A stretch of 32,000 bases of DNA, from assembly GCF_900232105.1 (NCBI RefSeq), contig NZ_LT934425.1, positions 1,860,001 to 1,892,000 of the forward strand, given 5' to 3'. Position numbers and translations under genes: made by a program. This document shows positions 29,618 through 32,000 of this stretch, piece by piece (the first letter of the stretch is position 1; each line of letters starts with the position of its first letter). The notes below the pieces were generated by a model that worked only from the letters and a program-made list of their open reading frames with translations, searched no databases and was not told the origin of the DNA. This DNA comes from Candidatus Kuenenia stuttgartensis. GTDB lineage: Bacteria > Planctomycetota > Brocadiia > Brocadiales > Brocadiaceae.

Positions 29618-30509
29618 CAGGCGCAGACTGCCTTACTTTATGCACAAGGGGCTTTTCTACAAAATCGCTATTGCGCAATACACCACCCGCTAGTACCAGT
29701 GGAAAATTTTCTTTCGTAAAAGAAAGTGCTTTTGCCACCGCCAGTACTCCGTGGCATAGTTCAACGGCCGCATTTGTTAAAATATGCAGTGCAACGGTAT
29801 CGCCCGATTTTGCCGCCTTATGTGCCAGTTTTGCAATACCGGCAACACCGGCGTATTCCGGAGGTTTTTTCAAAATATGCGCTGCCATTTCCGCTGGCGT
29901 GCTAAAGTGTAATTCCTTAAGGATATATTCCGCAAGATGGGTTTGGCGATCCCTTCCGTCGTATGCCCTCATGATTGCCCGCAGAGCCATCTTCCCTATT
30001 TCGTAACCGCTCCCTTCATTATCCAGAAAATTGCCCCAACCCCCTGCCCTTGCCGTTTTCCCGTCAAAACGTTCTCCATACACGATGGAACCAGTGCCGG
30101 AAATTACAACAATTCCATGCCGATTGCCAGCCCCGGCAACAAGAGAAATAATTGCATCCGTATACACCTCAATCTGCATATCTCCGGCAAATAAATGTTT
30201 ATACCGTGAATCCGCACCATAACGGTCTGTTACCTGACAAATTACCTTTCTCATTGTATGCCTTGTCTCTTCCTCTACACCCCCGGCTATGCCTGCACAC
30301 AAGGCCTCTATCCTGAATTCGGGAACGGACGAAGAGTGGATGGCACCGGAAATGGACTCCTGCATTGCGGCTCTTATATCGTCATTATTAACCAGATTGG
30401 GATTCGCAGGGCCCCCCCTTCCCTGCCCGATTATCTTTCCTGTATCATCAGAAAGGAGGCAAGTGGTTTTTGTACCCCCGCCATCAATTCCCAGTACACA
30501 ACTTTTCAT
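29607..30509 (-). pseudogene. 5' part of BadF/BadG/BcrA/BcrD-type ATPase (N-acetylglucosamine kinase-like), interrupted by IS
   Basis: MKSCVLGIDGGGTKTTCLLSD, VVISGTGSIVYGE, GWGNFLDNEGSGYEIG, PLVLAGGVLRNSDFV. ORF ends ...SAPGAMPHKR*, where HKR* is encoded by the IS terminal repeat. ORF could extend to 30557. Confidence 0.92.
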
Positions 30510-30837
30510 TATTGACTGCACCCTCCCATTCATCTTAAAAAGGTGTCTGCAAGACATATAATGTAGTCAAAGAATCTATGCTTTCAAAATAAGCTCTACT
30601 CTTTTATGGTCTTAGTGAAAGACCTAGTTTACCATTTAAAATACCCGTTTGTCGAACACTCTTCATAAACATATTTCTTGCATGTACAAGAATACATTTG
30701 TAGAATCATTTTTTTGTTTTTTAAATCCTTTTTTCACATGGTAACTATTTCCTGTAAAATACTTTATCAGGAAATACGTAATCATATATTTTGTTTAATC
30801 AGTAAAATCATTCTTTTTTTGAAGGGTACGCGGGATT

Positions 30838-32000
30838 ATGCGCAGAGGCATTGAACATGAAGGTTGGAGACATCTTACATATGAAATTAGAGCTATCGTA
30901 GCGGTAGCAAATGAATTAAAAAAATTAGGCGTTGAAATAACCTGGGAGAACATAGGGGATCCTGTTCAAAAAGGAGAGAAAATCCCTCAATGGATAAAAG
31001 ACATTGTTATTCAATTGGTATCAGAAGATAAGACATATGGATACGTAGCAACACAGGGCGTTCCGGAAACGAGAAAATTCCTTGCCGATCTGGTAAACAA
31101 ACGCGGCGGGTATCAAATTTCGCCGGACGATATTATCTTTTTCAACGGATTAGGCGATGCCGTTTCCACCATCTTCAGTCTTTTGAAGAGGGAAGCACGT
31201 GTAATTGGACCTTCGCCTGCATATTCCACACACTCATCAGCAGAGGCAGCCCACTCCGGGTATGATCACCTTACGTATGATCTTGACCCTGAAAACAATT
31301 GGCTGCCGGATCTTAATGATATTGAAAATAAAATAAAGTATAACGATTCCATTGCCGGCATGCTTATCATCAATCCCGACAATCCTACAGGATCGGTATA
31401 CCCGCGCTCCTTCCTTGAAAAGATTGTTGAAATCGCAAAAAGGTATGAGTTGTTTCTCATCTGTGACGAAATATATGCAAATATCGTTTATAACGGCGCG
31501 GAAACGGCAAATCTCAGCGAAATAATCGGCGGAGTGCCCGGCATGGCAATGCGCGGCATTTCCAAAGAATTTCCATGGCCTGGTTCCAGGTGCGGATGGA
31601 TTGAGGTATTCAACCAGGAATCAAATCCGGAATTCAAGAACTATATCAAAAGTTTAATTAACGCAAAAATGCTTGAAGTATGTTCCACCAGCCTGCCCCA
31701 ATATGCTATTCCGCTGATAATGGGTAATCCCAATTATCCGGCACATCTGAAAATGCGTAGGGAGAAGTATGAATACCGTGCGTATGAGGCATGCGAAATC
31801 TTTTCAAAGGTAGATGGCATACGAGTGGTAAAACCCCAGGGGGCATTCTATATGTCCATCGTATTTAAGGATGGTGTTTTAAATGCCCAACAAACCCTGC
31901 CGATCGAAAACATTGCTGTTAAAAAATACATCCTGGATAAGGTAAGTGGTGTGGAGGTAGATAAAAGGTTTGTTTATTATCTTCTCGGGGCAACGGGGAT
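30838..32000 (+). CDS. pyridoxal-phosphate-dependent aminotransferase (class I/II), 3' truncated by window edge
   Basis: Open frame from ATG 30838 to the window end: KTYGYVATQGVPETRKFLADLVN, INPDNPTGSVYP, LFLICDEIYANIVYNG, GISKEFPWPGSRCGW. Absent from the supplied ORF track. Confidence 0.92.
   Translation, partial: MRRGIEHEGWRHLTYEIRAIVAVANELKKLGVEITWENIGDPVQKGEKIPQWIKDIVIQLVSEDKTYGYVATQGVPETRKFLADLVNKRGGYQISPDDIIFFNGLGDAVSTIFSLLKREARVIGPSPAYSTHSSAEAAHSGYDHLTYDLDPENNWLPDLNDIENKIKYNDSIAGMLIINPDNPTGSVYPRSFLEKIVEIAKRYELFLICDEIYANIVYNGAETANLSEIIGGVPGMAMRGISKEFPWPGSRCGWIEVFNQESNPEFKNYIKSLINAKMLEVCSTSLPQYAIPLIMGNPNYPAHLKMRREKYEYRAYEACEIFSKVDGIRVVKPQGAFYMSIVFKDGVLNAQQTLPIENIAVKKYILDKVSGVEVDKRFVYYLLGATG

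Noticed and set aside
31266-31460. 64-aa minus-strand ORF
   Set aside because: Antisense to the clear aminotransferase reading frame.

Overview
The window reads as ordinary chromosomal sequence, probably from an anammox-type planctomycete (inferred from gene content; not verified). Left to right it carries: an edge-truncated cytochrome c'-like CDS and a bacterial globin; a convergent NirJ/AhbD-like radical SAM gene; a PQQ-type beta-propeller protein and a LysM protein; and a minus-strand cluster ruvA-ruvB-queH-spoIID-tgt-yajC-secDF. These are followed by a TPR protein fused to an RNA polymerase alpha-CTD-like domain, a SulP/STAS anion transporter, an orphan Cache-type sensor, a DUF456 membrane protein, and a PhoB/PhoR-like pair coupled to an internally duplicated small protein. 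The right part carries a small TPR protein, coaX, obgE, a SAM methyltransferase, an ICMT-like methyltransferase and an edge-truncated PLP aminotransferase. The best-supported special feature is an IS4-family element (28222..29606, 1385 bp) with 21-bp perfect terminal inverted repeats and an 11-bp target duplication. It splits a BadF-type ATPase/sugar kinase gene, and its transposase appears frameshifted. Other points of interest are a SecDF fusion with a very large SecF-side extracytoplasmic region, the TPR/alpha-CTD fusion, and several strong palindromic intergenic elements. I found no CRISPR array, recognisable defence island or clear novel multi-gene system.
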